A program made the position numbers and the translations under genes. The notes under the pieces were generated by a model. It made no database searches. It saw only the letters and a program-made list of their open reading frames with translations, and was not told the DNA's origin. Shown one piece after another: positions 49,637-60,302 of a stretch of 64,000 nt of DNA. The DNA is from Chitinophaga pinensis (GTDB taxonomy: Bacteria; Bacteroidota; Bacteroidia; UBA4408), in assembly GCA_945872355.1 (NCBI GenBank), contig CAMBZU010000002.1, positions 16,455 through 80,454 of the forward strand, written 5' to 3'. Numbering within the stretch: position 1 is the stretch's first letter; the number at the start of each line of letters is the position of its first letter.

Positions 49637-50757
49637 TTGTGTTTTTTTACAAAAGCGTTACCAATATAAATTATTGGATATAACACCAATAATAATATTT
49701 CAAAAAATAGAGAAAATAAAAGTAAATCTGATTCTTTCAATAAAATCATACTCTTACGCAAGATGATAAATTGAGTGACAAGTCGGAAGCCAAAAATTGA
49801 TAAAACAATACTTATATCAAATGATGAAAACATTAATGCCGCAAAGCTTATAAAAAACAAATATTGAGTAAAACTTCCTAAGGCAAGCCCAAATTTATGT
49901 GAAGGTTTATAATGTTTAGCGGTTGTTAAATGCCTTCTTTTTTGTTTAATCCAAGCCCCAAGACTTGTTTTAGGATCGCTATAGGTAAAGGAGGTAGCGT
50001 TGAGTTCTACAACAGTATTTTGCTGTGTAGCCACTTTGTTGATGAACAAATCATCATCGCCCGATTGAATATGATATTGCGAAGCAAAACCTTTATGTTT
50101 AAAAAACAAAGTTTTAGTGTAGGCTAAATTTCGGCCAATACCCATGTAGGTATTTTTAGCTAATGAAAAGGAAAGATATTGAACACCAATAAAAAATGTA
50201 TCGAAGCGTATTAATTTATTGAGCAGCCCGCTGGTTTTTTTATAAGGACCATAGCCAATTACAATTTCTTTTTCGTTACTAAAATTACGCGCCATACTTG
50301 CAATCCACTTGCTGTCCATTGGCACACAATCGGCATCGGTAAGCAACAAATGCTCGTATTTAGCACCTTTAATACCCAGTGTTAAAGCCAGTTTTTTATC
50401 ATGTGCTTTAATATCATCTTCATTCAGTTCAACAACATGTAAATTATTGTACTTTTTTTGAAATTCTTCTAAAATATCGCTCGATTCATCAACAGAGCAA
50501 TCATTTACAACCACAATTTGGTATTGCGGATAATCTTGCTGAAAAAACAGTGGGATGTTCTTATGTAATTTTAAGGCTTCATTTTTAGCACAAATAACTA
50601 CAGAAATAGGAGGCTGTGTGTGAAAGTCGCTTTTTGGTTTAAACCATGCCACACGGGTATAATAAAACAGGTAATACGTCAGCTGCACTGCAGCTGCAAA
50701 AACAAATACACCAAAAACTATATCCGATAAATGAATTTCCATCATAAAATTAAACAC
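49627..50757 (-). CDS. Family 2 glycosyltransferase (membrane-anchored).
   Basis: 376 aa. ISVVICAKNE...QIVVVNDCSVDES and a DxD-type LLLTDADCVP motif are present. A 10-bp overlap with the sigma-factor gene suggests an operon. Confidence 0.8.
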   Translation of the reverse strand: MFNFMMEIHLSDIVFGVFVFAAAVQLTYYLFYYTRVAWFKPKSDFHTQPPISVVICAKNEALKLHKNIPLFFQQDYPQYQIVVVNDCSVDESSDILEEFQKKYNNLHVVELNEDDIKAHDKKLALTLGIKGAKYEHLLLTDADCVPMDSKWIASMARNFSNEKEIVIGYGPYKKTSGLLNKLIRFDTFFIGVQYLSFSLAKNTYMGIGRNLAYTKTLFFKHKGFASQYHIQSGDDDLFINKVATQQNTVVELNATSFTYSDPKTSLGAWIKQKRRHLTTAKHYKPSHKFGLALGSFTQYLFFISFAALMFSSFDISIVLSIFGFRLVTQFIILRKSMILLKESDLLLFSLFFEILLLVLYPIIYIGNAFVKKHKWK

Positions 50758-50883
50758 CTTAGCCTACAAAGGTACTAGCCACTTTAATTTTTTTACGACC
50801 TCTTGGTTTTTAGTTTAAACAAAGTAATTAACATAATTGTGATTTTAGAAGCTGTGTTACAGAGATAAAAAAATTGTGTTCTT

Positions 50884-52590
50884 TTGCATCCATTAATGAA
50901 GCATTCAAATAAATATCAAAGTTTCAGTTTTTTGAACCTTGCAATGCAAGTTTGCGCCTTTATTATCCTATTTACCGGATGTGCGCAGGTTGTTAGGCCA
51001 ACCGGCGGCCAAGCCGACATAAAAGCACCAGAGGTTTTAAAATACCTGCCCGAAAATAAAACATTGCAGTTTAAAGGTCAATCTTTCACTATTGAGCTTA
51101 ACGAGTTTTTTGTTGTAAAAGACCCAAATAAGCAATGGATTATTTCTCCGCCATTAAAGCAAACACCCGATTATAAAATAAGAGGAAAACTACTCACTGT
51201 TACTTTTGATGACACATTAAAAGAAAATACCACTTACAATTTTAACTTTGGGAAATCGATTGCTGATGTTAACGAAGGAAACGAATTAATTGGGTTAAGT
51301 TACATTTTTAGTACCGGGAGTTTCATCGATTCACTGCAATTAACTGGTAAGGTATCGCAAGCCTTTAATAATGCAAATGAAAAGGATGTTTTAATAATGT
51401 TGTATGAAGAGCGTCGTTGTAAAGAAGATTCATTTCCTTTTAAGAAACTTCCCGATTATTTTGCGATAAGTGATGCGTTGGGAAATTATAAATTAAACTA
51501 CATTAAATCAGGAAATTATTACGCCATAGCACTTAAAGATGCCAACAGCAATTATCTTTTTGATAATTTTGAAGAAGCCATAGGCATGTATGATTCATTA
51601 ATACACTTGCAATCGAACAAAAATATCGATTTTAAAGTTTTTAAAGAGATTGAAGAAAAAAGCTATTTGAAGAATAAATTGAATGGAGAATATGGCAGCT
51701 TTACTTTGGTTTTTAATAAAGGATTAACCGGTTTAGAGCTATTGCCTTTGCATACTAGTAAACAAAAAGATTGGGCTTATATTGAAATGAGCAAAGCTAA
51801 AGATACTGTTAATATTTGGCTGAAAGACTTTAGCATTGATACCATAAAACTGGCATTAAAAAACAATCAAATTACTTTTGATACCATTGAGATGGCAGTG
51901 CTGCCAAAGGAAAAATTTTCGAATAAAAATAAACGCCTCACAAATGCGCGTGTAGCTATTAATGTTAGCCCTGTAAATGGCGCTGAAAAGGATTTAAATA
52001 GCCCGCTCTTGTTAACTTCAAATCATCCTATTGATGCTATTAACCAAGACAGCATTTTAATTTTGGAGGGCAACAAAAAAATGGCTTACAGGCTTGTTAA
52101 AAGAGACAGTTTAGGGAGGAAGTTACAATTGGATTGCGAGTTTAAGAACGATAGTAGTTACAGTTTAACCATTTTTCCGGGTGCATTCAAAGACTGCTTT
52201 GGTTATAAAAACGATACTATAATATCAAAGTTTAAAGTGCCATCCATAGAAAGTGTGGGCAATTTATATTTGACCATTAAAGCTGATAGTACAGCTAAAA
52301 TTATTGATTTTACAAAGGAGAATATACTGCTGCAACTTTTAAATGAGAAAGGAGATATAGTTAAAACGCAAGTATTAAATAACTATGGTACTATCAACTA
52401 TCTTAATTTTAAACCAGGTATCTACAAGGCCCAAATAGTGATTGATAGCAATAATAATAATGAATGGGATACAGGTAATTTTATTAAGAAAAAACAAGCT
52501 GAAAGGATAATTTTTATGAATGCGCCCATGAACTTACGCGCCAATTGGGATTTGGAAGAAGCATGGAAATTAAATCTAACAGCTCAATAA
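50884..52590 (+). CDS. Hypothetical lipoprotein (Ig-like/beta-rich).
   Basis: 568 aa. Lipobox LFTGC. No catalytic motif recognised. Confidence 0.5.
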   Translation: MHPLMKHSNKYQSFSFLNLAMQVCAFIILFTGCAQVVRPTGGQADIKAPEVLKYLPENKTLQFKGQSFTIELNEFFVVKDPNKQWIISPPLKQTPDYKIRGKLLTVTFDDTLKENTTYNFNFGKSIADVNEGNELIGLSYIFSTGSFIDSLQLTGKVSQAFNNANEKDVLIMLYEERRCKEDSFPFKKLPDYFAISDALGNYKLNYIKSGNYYAIALKDANSNYLFDNFEEAIGMYDSLIHLQSNKNIDFKVFKEIEEKSYLKNKLNGEYGSFTLVFNKGLTGLELLPLHTSKQKDWAYIEMSKAKDTVNIWLKDFSIDTIKLALKNNQITFDTIEMAVLPKEKFSNKNKRLTNARVAINVSPVNGAEKDLNSPLLLTSNHPIDAINQDSILILEGNKKMAYRLVKRDSLGRKLQLDCEFKNDSSYSLTIFPGAFKDCFGYKNDTIISKFKVPSIESVGNLYLTIKADSTAKIIDFTKENILLQLLNEKGDIVKTQVLNNYGTINYLNFKPGIYKAQIVIDSNNNNEWDTGNFIKKKQAERIIFMNAPMNLRANWDLEEAWKLNLTAQ

Positions 52591-52640
52591 TTCATAACAG
52601 CAAAAGAAATAGCCTTTTACAAGGGCAATTTGATGAATAT

Positions 52641-53663
52641 TTACTTAATTTCCCAAACGCTATTTCCTTTCAAAATATCATCTAATTTGCCTTTGCCTCG
52701 TTTATTGGTAACATCTTCTACTTGCTGATTCAATAAATCTTCGTAGCAGGCCCTATCTTCTGAATAAAAAACACCAAATGGTCGAGGCATAGCGCCCTCG
52801 GTGGAAGGATGATCAAACATGCGCGATAAAATGCCAGCTTTAGTTCTGTCCTTTTCATCATGTATCCACAAATCGTTTTCAGAAGTAGTTTCCAAATCTA
52901 CAATTGTAGGAGCAAATCCATCTAATTTAATTCCTTTCCTATTATTTTCGCCAAAAACCAGTGGTTGCCCGTGATTTACAAAAAGGGTAGTTAATTTTTT
53001 AGTTGCTTTTTCGGTAAATATTTCAAATGCGCCATCATTAAAAACATTGCAATTTTGATATATTTCTAATATGGAAGTGCCTTTATGCAAATGTGCTCTT
53101 TTTAAAACTTCACGCAACTGTATTGGATCTCTGTCCATAGCGCGAGCTACAAATGTTGAATCGGCTCCTAAACATAATGCCGCTGGGTTAAAAGCATGAT
53201 CAATAGCTCCGTAAGGGCTCGATTTTGTAATTTGACCTTCGTGTGAAGTAGGTGAATATTGTCCTTTTGTTAAGCCATAAATTTCGTTGTTAAACAGTAA
53301 AATATTTACATCAAAATTCCTACGCATCATATGTATAAAGTGATTTCCGCCAATCGACATGGAATCGCCATCGCCGGTAACCAGCCAAACACTTAAATCG
53401 TTGCGCACCGACTTTAAACCACTTGCAATAGCCGTGGCTCTACCATGTATACTGTGCATGCCATAAGTTTCGATGTAATAAGGAAAACGAGATGAACAAC
53501 CAATTCCCGAGATAAATACAATATTTTCTCGTTTCAAGCCCAATTCAGGAATCACTGTTTGCACCTGTTTTAATATAGAATAATCGCCACAACCGGGGCA
53601 CCAACGCACTTCTTGGTCGGTGATAAGGTCTTTAGCTGTCATTTGATTTGTTTCAGTACTCAT
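52641..53663 (-). CDS. korB: 2-oxoglutarate/2-oxoacid:ferredoxin oxidoreductase beta subunit (TPP-binding).
   Basis: 340 aa. The GDGD TPP-binding motif and ISGIGCSSRFPYY are present. It lies downstream of korA. Confidence 0.85.
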   Translation of the reverse strand: MSTETNQMTAKDLITDQEVRWCPGCGDYSILKQVQTVIPELGLKRENIVFISGIGCSSRFPYYIETYGMHSIHGRATAIASGLKSVRNDLSVWLVTGDGDSMSIGGNHFIHMMRRNFDVNILLFNNEIYGLTKGQYSPTSHEGQITKSSPYGAIDHAFNPAALCLGADSTFVARAMDRDPIQLREVLKRAHLHKGTSILEIYQNCNVFNDGAFEIFTEKATKKLTTLFVNHGQPLVFGENNRKGIKLDGFAPTIVDLETTSENDLWIHDEKDRTKAGILSRMFDHPSTEGAMPRPFGVFYSEDRACYEDLLNQQVEDVTNKRGKGKLDDILKGNSVWEIK

Positions 53664-53722
53664 GTAAAATTTGTTTGATGAAAACGCTTGTTTTTTATTT
53701 TATGAGGCAGCGCAGTTATCGT

Positions 53723-55567
53723 TTAGTTTAATAATTTGTAAACAGCATTTTTAATATCGGCACTGTAAAAAGGAAGACCTTGAATTTTATTCAATCCATG
53801 TGCAGGAATCAAAAATTTATCGCGAATAATTTTAATCAATTGCCCATTATTTAATTCGGGAATAAGCACCTGTTTGTGATTGCGCAGTAATATTTCCAAA
53901 TTTTTAGGAAATGGATGCATGTATTTTACATGTGCATGTGCCACACTTTTTCCTTCGGCAAGTAGCTCTGCAGTAGCGTTTCTAAGCGCGCCATAAGTAC
54001 CCCCCCAACCTAAAATTAAAACATCAGCATCAGCAGCGCCATTGTCAATTGTTTGCAAAGGAATATAATCGGCGATGTTATCAATTTTAGCAGCCCTTGT
54101 TTTCACCATGTGCTCATGATTGTCAGGATCGTAAGAAATGTTGCCCGTAATATCTTCTTTTTCTATGCCGCCAATCCTATGTTCTAAACCTGCTACACCG
54201 GGAATTGCCCATGGTCTCACTAATTTTTTATCACGTAAGTATGGCATAAATTTATCGCCCTTGTTTTTCTCTTTGGCAAATTGTACTTTAATATTTTTAA
54301 GTTCGCTGGCATTTGGAAAGCGCCATGGTTCTGCACCGTTGGCAATAAAACCATCACTTAAAAACATCACTGGTGTCATATGTTCAATAGCTAATCTGCA
54401 TGCTTCAAAAACCATTTCGAAACAATCGCTTGGCGTGCTTGCAGCAACTACTGCTAATGGTGCCTCCCCGTTTCTTCCATAAATGGCTTGCAATAAATCG
54501 GCTTGCTCTGTTTTGGTGGGCATGCCAGTAGAAGGTCCACCTCTTTGCACGTTAATAATCACCAAAGGCAATTCAAGCATTAAAGCTAAACCCATGGCTT
54601 CTGTTTTAAGCGCAATACCTGGTCCTGATGAAGCAGTAACACCCAAAGAACCGCCAAATGAAGCACCTATGGCAGCACATATCGCTGCAATTTCATCTTC
54701 GGCTTGAAATGTTTTTACACCAAAGTTTTTGTGCTTACTTAACTCATGTAAAATGTCTGAAGCAGGTGTAATAGGGTATGTGCCATAAAACAAACCTAAA
54801 CCAGATTTTTCAGCTGCGGCTATTAAACCCAATGCAGTGGCTTGGTTGCCCATAATACCACGGTATATTCCTTTAGGCATTGGTGCGGCTTTTACTTCAA
54901 AGCGACTGTTAAACGCCTCACTGGTATCGCCAAAATTGTAGCCTGCTTTTAAAACTTTAATATTGGCCTCAATGAGGTCGGGGCGTTTTTTAAATTTTTC
55001 TTCTAAAAACTTGATACTATGTTCCATGTTGCGATGGTACATCCAGTATATAAAGCCAAGTACAAACATATTTTTTGAACGCTCAGCTTCCTTTGTTCCC
55101 AAGCCACTGTCTGCTAAAGCACTTTTAGTATGTTTGGTTACATCAATTTCATAAACCTTGTAACCATCAAGCGAGCCATCTTTTATCGGATTTACGCCGT
55201 CGGGATATTTAGCTAATTTTAAATTTTTAGGATCAAACCCATCTGTGTTGGCTAAAATAGTACCTCCTATTTTAAGACTCTTGATGTTGGCTTTTAAGGC
55301 AGCGGCATTCATTACCACCAACACATCAAGTGCATCGCCAGGTGTATTCATTTCAATGCTGCCAAAATGAAGCTGAAAACCAGAAACACCAGCTAAAGTA
55401 CCCTGTGGAGCGCGAATCTCTGCAGGGAAATTTGGGAAAGTACTGATATCATTACCAAAGAGGGCGGCTGTATCTGTAAATTGGGTACCCGTAAGCTGTA
55501 TCCCATCGCCAGAATCTCCAGCAAACATAATGGTTACATCCTCTTTTATTTCGGTGGAATTAATCAT
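53723..55567 (-). CDS. korA: 2-oxoglutarate/2-oxoacid:ferredoxin oxidoreductase alpha subunit.
   Basis: 614 aa. Pyruvate-flavodoxin oxidoreductase-type domains; paired with korB. Confidence 0.85.
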   Translation of the reverse strand: MINSTEIKEDVTIMFAGDSGDGIQLTGTQFTDTAALFGNDISTFPNFPAEIRAPQGTLAGVSGFQLHFGSIEMNTPGDALDVLVVMNAAALKANIKSLKIGGTILANTDGFDPKNLKLAKYPDGVNPIKDGSLDGYKVYEIDVTKHTKSALADSGLGTKEAERSKNMFVLGFIYWMYHRNMEHSIKFLEEKFKKRPDLIEANIKVLKAGYNFGDTSEAFNSRFEVKAAPMPKGIYRGIMGNQATALGLIAAAEKSGLGLFYGTYPITPASDILHELSKHKNFGVKTFQAEDEIAAICAAIGASFGGSLGVTASSGPGIALKTEAMGLALMLELPLVIINVQRGGPSTGMPTKTEQADLLQAIYGRNGEAPLAVVAASTPSDCFEMVFEACRLAIEHMTPVMFLSDGFIANGAEPWRFPNASELKNIKVQFAKEKNKGDKFMPYLRDKKLVRPWAIPGVAGLEHRIGGIEKEDITGNISYDPDNHEHMVKTRAAKIDNIADYIPLQTIDNGAADADVLILGWGGTYGALRNATAELLAEGKSVAHAHVKYMHPFPKNLEILLRNHKQVLIPELNNGQLIKIIRDKFLIPAHGLNKIQGLPFYSADIKNAVYKLLN

Positions 55568-55771
55568 TCTTTTAATTTTAAGCGCGACGAAATTACTAAT
55601 TAAAATGCTTGGAAATTGTTAGAAAACAATAAGAAATGAGAAAAGTTTTAGAAAGCAGGATTAAACTGAATTTAGGTACTTTTGGTTTAAAGGTAAGCAG
55701 GATTATTTAGCGCCTAGTTTCAGTAAATTCGACTTTAATTTTTATGTAATTCAATTAACCAATATTTTGAA

Positions 55772-55799
55772 TTGGCATGTGTAAATAGCTATATATTTG
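55772..55799 (+). promoter_or_regulatory. Candidate Bacteroidetes sigma-A promoter for sppA, with -33 TTG (55772-55774) and -7 TATATTTG (55792-55799).
   Basis: Exact TAnnTTTG match 25 bp upstream of the ATG, with a TTG 17 nt further upstream. Confidence 0.5.
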
Positions 55800-55823
55800 C
55801 TCCTTAATAAATTAAAATAAGCT

Positions 55824-57599
55824 ATGCGTCAGTTTTTTAAGTTTTTATTTGCCTCTATGTTAGGCTTTGTATTAGGTTCTATCTTGCTTATCTTTATTTT
55901 GGTAGGGATTATTTCGGCAGCTGTTAACTCTTTTGACGATGAAAAGGTGACTGACGTTAAAAGTAATTCTATGTTGTTTTTAGATTTTCAAAAACCAATT
56001 GTTGATCGCGCATCAAAAAACCCTTTCGAAAATATCAGTTTTGCTTCCTTTAATACCGAAGGTAGCACCGGATTAAATACCATTTTAGAAAATCTGCGTA
56101 AAGCAAAAGAAGACAAAAATATTAAAGGCATTTACATGGAGTTAAGCACTATTAATAGCGGTATTGCAACAGTAGAAGAAATTAGAAACGCATTGATAGA
56201 TTTTAAAAAATCGGGCAAAGCAATTATAAGTTACAGTGAAGTTTACACGCAAAAATCATATTATTTGGCAAGTGTTGCCGATAAAATATATATGAACCCT
56301 CAAGGAGCCATGGAATTAAAAGGTTTAGGTGCAGAAATTATGTTTTATAAAGGCTTGTTAGACAAGATTGAAGTTGAAACACAAGTAATTCGTCATGGCC
56401 GTTATAAGAGCGCTGTAGAGCCTTTTATATTAGATAAAATGAGTGCCGATAACCGCATTCAAACAAGAGCTTTCATGCAAAATATTTGGAATTTTATGCT
56501 GGGCAATATTGCTGCTTCACGTAAAATAAGTGTTGAAGAACTAAATACAATTACTAACAATTTTAGCATTAGAGTGCCTGAAGATGCCATCAAATACCAA
56601 CTAGTTGACAAATTGGTTTATAAAGATGAAGTAATAGAAGAATTGAAAACATTGACAGGGAAAACTAAAAAAGACGATAGTCCTCAACTAATTACATTAA
56701 GCAAATACAGTAAATCTCCCGATAAGGAAAAGAAAAGTTTGAAAGACCCACAAATTGCCATTATATATGCCTCAGGTGAAATTGAAAGTGGGGAGGGAGA
56801 AAGTGATAAAATAGGATCTGAAACACTATCAAAGGCAATTAGAGAAGCGCGTTTAAATGATAAGGTAAAAGCAATTGTGTTACGCGTAAATTCTCCGGGT
56901 GGCAGCGCACTTGCCAGCGAGGTTATTTGGCGCGAAGCTGAGCTTGCCAACAAGGTGAAACCAGTAATTGTTTCAATGGGCGATGTAGCTGCTTCAGGAG
57001 GTTATTATATCAGCGCCGCATCACGTAAAATATTTGCAAGTCCAAATACAATAACAGGTTCAATAGGGGTGTTTGGGTTGATATTTAATGCCCAAAAAAT
57101 GCTTAATAACAAATTAGGAATTACTATTGATACAGTTAAAACAAATCGTTTGTCAGACTTTGGTTCTATGACTCGCCCGCTTACAGCTGAAGAAAAACAA
57201 ATATTTCAACAAGGGGTAGAAATGGTGTATGATACCTTTACCAAAAGAGTTGCCAATGGCCGTAAAAAGTCGCAAGCAAGTGTTGATAGTATTGGCCAAG
57301 GACGTGTATGGAGTGGTGTAGAAGCTAAAAACATTGGCTTGGTTGATGAGTTTGGTGGTTTGCAAGATGCAATTGCAGCAGCTGCAAAAATGGCCAAGCT
57401 TAAAAAATACCGCACTGTTGAATTGCCTGAATTTAAGGATCCTATTAAAGCGCTTTTATCTGAATTGGGTAATGAAGCTGAAACAAGATATATGAGCTAC
57501 AAACTAGGTGAAGAAGCACGCTACTTCAATAAAGCAACTGAATTACTTCGTATGCAAGGAATACAAACGCGTATGCCTTACAATATCGATTTTTATTAA
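55824..57599 (+). CDS. sppA: Signal peptide peptidase SppA (protease IV, 67K type).
   Basis: 591 aa. N-terminal TM segment and two ClpP/crotonase-like halves. The motifs RVNSPGGSALASE and GDVAASGGYYIS are present. Confidence 0.85.
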   Translation: MRQFFKFLFASMLGFVLGSILLIFILVGIISAAVNSFDDEKVTDVKSNSMLFLDFQKPIVDRASKNPFENISFASFNTEGSTGLNTILENLRKAKEDKNIKGIYMELSTINSGIATVEEIRNALIDFKKSGKAIISYSEVYTQKSYYLASVADKIYMNPQGAMELKGLGAEIMFYKGLLDKIEVETQVIRHGRYKSAVEPFILDKMSADNRIQTRAFMQNIWNFMLGNIAASRKISVEELNTITNNFSIRVPEDAIKYQLVDKLVYKDEVIEELKTLTGKTKKDDSPQLITLSKYSKSPDKEKKSLKDPQIAIIYASGEIESGEGESDKIGSETLSKAIREARLNDKVKAIVLRVNSPGGSALASEVIWREAELANKVKPVIVSMGDVAASGGYYISAASRKIFASPNTITGSIGVFGLIFNAQKMLNNKLGITIDTVKTNRLSDFGSMTRPLTAEEKQIFQQGVEMVYDTFTKRVANGRKKSQASVDSIGQGRVWSGVEAKNIGLVDEFGGLQDAIAAAAKMAKLKKYRTVELPEFKDPIKALLSELGNEAETRYMSYKLGEEARYFNKATELLRMQGIQTRMPYNIDFY

Positions 57600-57657
57600 A
57601 CAGCATATAAACCTTTGGTTTAATGCAATGTTTACCTATATGATTTAACTTTCTTTT

Positions 57658-58911
57658 ATGCCATTTGTAATGCGTTTTGTTATTGGAATAGCTTTAGTAC
57701 TGCTCATTGATTTGTATTTTTACCAAGCTATTGCTTTGTTGATTGCTAATTTAAGTCCTTTCAAAAAAGTGATGTTGCGCAATATTTATTGGGGCTTTAC
57801 TGCATATACTATTTTACTTTTATTAATTGCAATGGCAATTCCTTTTCAAGAGTGGTGGCCTTTTGCTCGTATTTACTTATTTGCATTTGCCGCTGTTTTA
57901 ATAATTTGTAAACTCATTGGATCTACCTTTATTTTGGTTGACGATCTTAGCCGATTATTTAGGTGGTTATTTAATGCCGTTTTTACACCCGCTGCTACAA
58001 ATGCTGATAAAGTTGGCAGTGCAACACGCTTAAAGTTTTTAAATCAAATAGCTGTTGTGTTTGCAGCCATTCCGCTGAGTGCATTTATTTATGGCATGGT
58101 AAAATCTGGCTTTGATTACAAGGTGCGAAAAGTAAGATTGGTATTGCCTAAATTACCTGCTGCCTTCAATGGCCTAAAAATATTGCAATTAAGTGATATT
58201 CATTCGGGGAGTTTTGTTTCATCGGCTCCACTCGAAAAAGTGTTGAAATTGATTAATGAACAAAATGCTGATGTAATTTTTTTTACTGGCGATTTGGTAA
58301 ATAACATTACAGATGAGGCCATTCCTTTTACAGCTATTTTCAAGCAGGTTAAAGCACCTTTAGGTGTTTACTCCACATTGGGCAATCATGATTATGGTGA
58401 TTATGTGCAATGGCCAAGTACTGAGGCAAAACAAAAAAATTTACAAGACATTAAAAATTTACATGCTGAATTTGGTTGGAAATTATTGATGAATGAGCAT
58501 ATCACACTAAAAAAAGGAGAGGCAGAAATTGCTGTGCTTGGTGTTGAAAATTGGGGAGCTGCCATGCGATTTCCTAAGTATGGCGATTTAAAAAAAGCGC
58601 ATGCAGGTACCGAAAATTATCCTGTTAAATTATTGCTTTCGCATGACCCTTCACATTGGGATGCACAAGTAAGAACAAGCTATCCTGATATTGATGTTAC
58701 CTTTAGTGGGCACACTCACGGCATGCAGTTTGGCATTGAAATACCTGGAATTAGATGGAGTCCGTCAAAGTATTTTTACAAGCAATGGGCTGACTTGTAT
58801 CAAGAAGGAAAACAATTTTTATATGTAAATCGTGGCCTAGGTTTTATAGGCTATCCGGGCCGTGTTGGTATTTTACCCGAGATAACAGTAATTGAATTGC
58901 ATAATGCCTAA
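57658..58911 (+). CDS. Membrane-anchored metallophosphoesterase (calcineurin-like).
   Basis: 417 aa. Four N-terminal TM helices. Motifs LQLSDIHSG, FTGDLVNN, GNHDYG and GHTHG are present. Confidence 0.8.
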   Translation: MPFVMRFVIGIALVLLIDLYFYQAIALLIANLSPFKKVMLRNIYWGFTAYTILLLLIAMAIPFQEWWPFARIYLFAFAAVLIICKLIGSTFILVDDLSRLFRWLFNAVFTPAATNADKVGSATRLKFLNQIAVVFAAIPLSAFIYGMVKSGFDYKVRKVRLVLPKLPAAFNGLKILQLSDIHSGSFVSSAPLEKVLKLINEQNADVIFFTGDLVNNITDEAIPFTAIFKQVKAPLGVYSTLGNHDYGDYVQWPSTEAKQKNLQDIKNLHAEFGWKLLMNEHITLKKGEAEIAVLGVENWGAAMRFPKYGDLKKAHAGTENYPVKLLLSHDPSHWDAQVRTSYPDIDVTFSGHTHGMQFGIEIPGIRWSPSKYFYKQWADLYQEGKQFLYVNRGLGFIGYPGRVGILPEITVIELHNA

Positions 58912-58924
58912 TTGTAAATTTACC

Positions 58925-59959
58925 TTAAAGTAATTCCTTAATTACCTTTCCGCTTCCCACAGGCATTTTAAAGCCAAGTAAATAAGCTATTGTTGGTGCA
59001 ATATCAGTAAGTTGATAGGCGGTGGTAGCAACATAATTCTTTTTAAAATCAGGACCAAGTGCTAAAAACTCAATGTGCCTGCAACCTGCACAATCATCGC
59101 CATGAGAAATAAAACCATCTAAATGGCCTGCAGAGTGCCTGCCATGATCGTTGGTAACAATGAATGCTGTTTTGTTTTTATAATGTTCATTGCTTTGTAT
59201 GAAATTCCACAATAAATTTACATAGTTATCTGTATCAAATATCCCTTGTAAATAGGCTAAACTATCGCCTGTATGACCTGCTGCATCGGGTTGTTTAAAG
59301 TTGATAAGCATTAAACTTGGCTGCTCAGTTTGTAAAACTGTGAGTGATTTATTTAAAGTAGTTAAATCATCTCTATATCCTGAGTTTAAACCCGAAATGC
59401 CACAATCAGTCATTGGCCTGTACTTATCTTTCCATTTAATATCGTTACAATTACTTAATACTTCTAATTTGTCTTTCGAAGAAATAATCCACGCTTTATT
59501 TGCAGGCTGATTAAACGTTTTACGCCAAACTTGCAAAAAGGATGGATAGTCGGGAGTTTCTAAACCTGCATTATTTATAGTTTGGTAAACTCCCGTGCAA
59601 ATTGCAGTGTGTCCGGGCACTGTAGAAGTTATTCCATTGTTATAAAAACTAGCTCCTAAGAATCCTGATTTTGACAATGTTTTTCTGTAAGGAATTAAGG
59701 GTGTTCCTGCTGCCTCCCAGGTATCGGCATAACGCGCGCCATCAATAATTAAAACAATAACATACTTTGTAGAGTCTGCTTTATTTATGAGCGTGTCTTT
59801 TGGATCCTCTGGCTTGGCGTTTTTATCAATTCTTTTTGAAACAGTATTGTATCCAAAAGGCTCATTTTTATTGCACGAATTAAACATCGCAAAAATTGAA
59901 AAAATTGCAAGAGGTAATAGTATTTTATAGCGTATTTTTAGTTGCATTTGATAAAACAA
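58925..59959 (-). CDS. Alkaline-phosphatase-superfamily lipoprotein (metalloenzyme core; phosphodiesterase/phosphatase-like).
   Basis: 344 aa. Lipobox MFNSC. Motifs IIDGARYADTW, DAAGHTGD and TNDHGRHS indicate metal and nucleophile residues. Confidence 0.55.
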   Translation of the reverse strand: MFYQMQLKIRYKILLPLAIFSIFAMFNSCNKNEPFGYNTVSKRIDKNAKPEDPKDTLINKADSTKYVIVLIIDGARYADTWEAAGTPLIPYRKTLSKSGFLGASFYNNGITSTVPGHTAICTGVYQTINNAGLETPDYPSFLQVWRKTFNQPANKAWIISSKDKLEVLSNCNDIKWKDKYRPMTDCGISGLNSGYRDDLTTLNKSLTVLQTEQPSLMLINFKQPDAAGHTGDSLAYLQGIFDTDNYVNLLWNFIQSNEHYKNKTAFIVTNDHGRHSAGHLDGFISHGDDCAGCRHIEFLALGPDFKKNYVATTAYQLTDIAPTIAYLLGFKMPVGSGKVIKELL

Positions 59960-60244
59960 TTTATAAAATTAAGGTAATTATTGGTAATAAACAAAAAGAT
60001 AAAAATCATCATCTGGTATTATAGTCCCATTAACCCACTGGCGCGGTGTTTCTCCCGATCCTTGCTTTGTTGCTAATACCCCCTTTAGTTTGCAACTAAG
60101 CTGAATCTATTTTTTACATTGTAGTTTATCATTTTTCCAACAATTAATTTTTAATTTTATATGCATCTGTCTCAATAAAAATGCGGGTTTAGTTTCAAAA
60201 TATGAGGCAGATAGAGGCTCAAGATAATGGTAGCAGTTATTTAA

Positions 60245-60291
60245 ATCATCAAAACTTGCAATAAATGCAAGTTTTGATGATTCTTTTTGTT
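60245..60291 (+). terminator. Strong hairpin plus T-run (terminator or attenuator-like) 12 bp upstream of the ATPase gene start.
   Basis: A 16-bp perfect stem atcatcaaaacttgca/tgcaagttttgatgat with loop ataaa is followed by tctttttgtt. No plus-strand CDS lies upstream. Confidence 0.5.
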
Positions 60292-60302
60292 ACCTTTGCC
60301 TT

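Noticed and set aside
60015-60080. Possible tRNA, because of a 7-bp stem formed by ggtatta/taatacc.
   Set aside because: It is only 66 nt with no cloverleaf arms. It is more consistent with a mini inverted-repeat element related to the MITE termini.
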